The notes under the pieces were generated by a model that was given only the letters and a program-made list of their open reading frames with translations, did no database searches and had not been told where the DNA came from. The position numbers and the translations under genes are program-made. Positions 60,855-64,000 of a stretch of 64,000 bases of DNA are shown here, one piece after another. Source of the stretch: Scyliorhinus canicula (taxonomy: Eukaryota); contig NC_052158.1 of NCBI RefSeq assembly GCF_902713615.1, positions 30,483,990-30,547,989 of the forward strand, in the 5' to 3' direction. The first letter of the stretch is position 1. The number at the start of each line of letters is the position of its first letter.

Positions 60855-61130
60855 GGATCACGATAGCACTTCTGCCTCACAGCATCAGGGACCCTGGTTC
60901 GATTCCGGCCTTTGGTTGTGGAGTTTGCATGTTCTCCCCATGTCTGTGTTGATTTCCTCTCAGGTGCTCTGGTTTCCTCCCACAGCCCAAAGATGTGCAA
61001 GTTAGGTGGTTTTACTGGGCTACAGGGATTGGGCGGGACGTGGATCTAAGTAGAGCGCTGTTTCAGAGGGTCGGTGCAGACGCGATTGGCCGAATGGCCT
61101 CCTTCTGCACTGTTGGGACTCTATGATTCA
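60855..61130 (+). mobile_element. HE1-type V-SINE
   Basis: Diverged head, V-domain, tail. Confidence 0.8.
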
Positions 61131-61779
61131 GTGAAATGCTGTCCCAGCCAGCGGCACCCTCATCAGTGAATGAGTAGAAAAAAAATTCCCTGCCCTATCT
61201 AGATTCACTAGTCAGTTCACAAGACAATCACAGTTAAATGATAACTCCCACTGTGGGCCTCTGGCTATGAATATCACCCCCCAAAATAAAGATTATCTGA
61301 AGATGATCACTTCGCTGTGGTGCCGCGCTCATAATTAGCTGATGTATTTCCTGCTCTTAATCACCAAAAGTACTTCACGGGCCACAAAGCGGTGGTTGTG
61401 AAAAGGGGGCGATAAAGTCAACTTTTTCTTCTGCCTTTGTTGCAAGCTGTTTTTAAACCATGTGTGTGTGAGTGGGTGGGTGGGTGTGCAGGTGTGCGCT
61501 GCTAACTGACTGGGTTTCCAATCGTCTGTCACCTACCCATGCTCCTCCACCCACCCCCGACTCCATTCTCAGCTAGGTTTTTTTGAACTCTCTCTCTAGT
61601 CAGTATTGTAAACAGGATGCTTGGGAGGGACCTGAAGTTCAACTCTGCAATTTCCTTCAAACATAGCCTCAAACACAGCCTCACATGTTCAAGACCAGCG
61701 GCTGCGGCAAAGACCTGGTGTGGATCGCGCCAGGACTCCAGAGTGGATCACACCCGGAGTTCGGTGTGATACAGAGACC

Positions 61780-63145
61780 ATAAGACATTAGAAGCAGATG
61801 TAGGTCATTCAGCCCATCGAGTTTTCTCCATCATTCAATGAGATCATGACTGCTCTGATATGGTAATCCTCAAACCCACTTTCACACTAATCCCCATATC
61901 CTTTGATTCTCTCACTGATTAAACATCTGTATCTCAGCCTTGAACATACTTAATGGCCAGGCCTCTACAGTAAAAAAATTCCATATGTTCACTACCCTCT
62001 GAGAGAATAAATTCCTCCTCATCTCTGTCTGAAATGGGTGACCAATTAACCTGAGATTATGCCATCTGGTGATAGACTCTCCCACAAAGCAAACATCCTC
62101 TAAGCATCTATCTTGTCAAGCCCCCTTTACAATCCGATATGTCTCAATAAGTTCACCTCTCATTCTTCTAAACTCCAATGAATACAGGCCCAACATACTC
62201 AACCCCTCCTCGTAAAAAATGCTCCATACCCGGGACCAACCCAGTGAAACATCTCTGGGATGCCCCCAATGCCAGTCTATCGTTCCTTAGAAAAAAAGAG
62301 ATCAAAACTGTTTACAGTATTCCGGGTGTGATCTAACTAATACCTTGTGAAGTTTTGGCAAGAGTTCCCTATTTTTATACTCCGTTCCCTTAAAAATAAA
62401 CGCCAACTTTCCAGTTGCCTTCCGAATTATGTGCTGAGCTTAGCATCGTAGAATCTGTACAGTGCAGAAGCTGGCCATTTGGCCCATCAAGTCTGCACGA
62501 CCCTCTGAAAGAGTGCCCTGGACCCATACCCCCACCTATATTGTACATCCCTGGACACTAAGGGTAATTTAGCATAGCCAATCTAACCTGCACATATTTG
62601 GACTATGGGAGGAAACCGGAGCTCCTGGAGGAAACCTAATCAGACACGGGGAGAAAGTGCAAACTCTGCACAGAAAGTGACCCAAGGCCGGAATTAAACC
62701 TGGGTCCCTGGCGCTGTGAGGCAGCAGTGCCAATCACTGTGTCACAGTGCATGCTAGCTTTTTATGATTTATGCATGTGGACCCCAAATCCCTCTGTTCT
62801 GCAGCTATGTGCAATCTTCCTCCATTTAGATAATAGTCAGCTCTTTTATTCTTCCTACCAGTGCATAATTTCACATTTTCCTACATTATATTCCATCTAC
62901 CAAGTTTGTGCCCACTCACTTAGCCGGCCTAGAGTCTTTGCGTCATCCTCACCCCTTGCCTTCCAACTATTTTTGTGTCATCAACAAACTTGGCAATAGT
63001 GGATTCACTTCCCTTGTCCAAATCATTAATATTGTATATTGTAACTAATTGTGGTTCCAGCACTGATCCCTGTGGCACTCCACTAGTTACAGGTTGCCAT
63101 CCTGAAAATATCCCTCTTATCCCAATTTTCTGTCTATCAGTTCGT
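61780..63145 (-). mobile_element. Decayed CR1 3' fragment with a nested HE1 SINE
   Basis: CR1 RT-downstream and 3' UTR motifs on the minus strand. Confidence 0.75.
62451..62740 (-). mobile_element. HE1-type V-SINE nested in CR1
   Basis: Head, V-domain, tail. Confidence 0.85.
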
Positions 63146-63147
63146 CA

Positions 63148-64000
63148 ATCATGGCTGCAGGGGGTTCAGGACTGGCAGTTAAACATCCAAGGATATACAA
63201 CCTATCGAAAAGACAGGGAGGTGGGCCGAGGGGGTGGGGTTGCCTTGTTAGTTAAGAACAAAATTAAATCTATGGCACTAAACGACATAGGGTCGGATGA
63301 TGTGGAGTCTGTGTGGGTAGAATTGAGGAACCACAAAGGCAAAAAAACCATAATGGGAGTTATGTACAGACCTCCTAACAGTGGTCAGGACCAGGAGCGC
63401 AACATGTACCGGGAAATAGAAAAGGCATGTCAGAAAGGCAAGGTCACGGTGATCATGGGGGACTTCAATATGCAGGTGGATTGGGTAAATAACGTAGCCA
63501 GTGGATCCAAAGAAAAGGAATTCATGGAATGCTTACAAGATGGCTTTTTGGAACAGCTTGTCATGGAGCCCACAAGGGAGCAGGCTATTCTGGACCTAGT
63601 GCTATGTAATGAACCAGACTTTATAAAAGATCTTAAAGTAAGGGAACACTTAGGAAGCAGCGATCATAATATGGTTGAGTTCAGTCTGCAGTTTGAAAGA
63701 GAGAAGGCAAAATTGGATGTAATGGTGTCACAGTTAAATAAAGGTAATTACGAGGGCATGAGAGAGGAACTGGCGAAAATCGACTGGAAGCAGACCCTAG
63801 TGGGGAAGACAGCAGAGCAAAAATGGCAGGAGTTTGTATGCATAATTGAGGACACTGTACAGAGGTTCATCCCCAAGAAAAGAAAGATTATCCAGGGAGG
63901 GATTAGACAGCCATGGCTGACAAAGGAGGTCAGGAAATGTATCAAAGAAAAAGAGAGATCCTATAAAGTGGCCAAAAGCACTGGGGAATCAGAAGATTGG
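63148..64000 (+). mobile_element. Young CR1 ORF2 (endonuclease and tether), 5'-truncated, runs off the right edge
   Basis: About 283 codons without a stop: YRKDR..GGGVALLVK, VMYRPPNS, IMGDFN, ILDLVL.N, LGSSDHNMV, QPWLTKE. Confidence 0.93.

Overview
Vertebrate genomic DNA, almost certainly a cartilaginous fish (shark), judged from the HE1/V-SINE, Deu-domain SINE, CR1, L1, Tx1, Penelope and Gypsy content. Most of the window is transposon-derived. I support one host gene, on the minus strand and running off the left edge. It is an immunoglobulin-superfamily type I membrane receptor that I assembled by hand from 12 GT-AG exons: leader (30406-30448), two NKp30/NCR3-like VJ-type IgV exons (28262-28603, 18470-18790), a transmembrane exon (17276-17389) and eight short cytoplasmic exons (19-95 nt) spread over 13.5 kb. 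With these boundaries, the frame set by the leader ATG stays open for 379 codons. It places a YxxM motif (IYTPM) and an ITIM-consensus motif (VQYATI) in the tail, which suggests an inhibitory, two-domain relative of the activating receptor NKp30. Other notable structure: Penelope-derived fold-back elements with 12-13 bp TSDs and minimal hammerhead ribozyme motifs, an L1 nested in an L1, a decayed Gypsy provirus, a hAT MITE with an 8-bp TSD, and a 45-bp hairpin minisatellite beside the second IgV exon. Family names come from recognition, not database searches. The tail exons need transcript confirmation.
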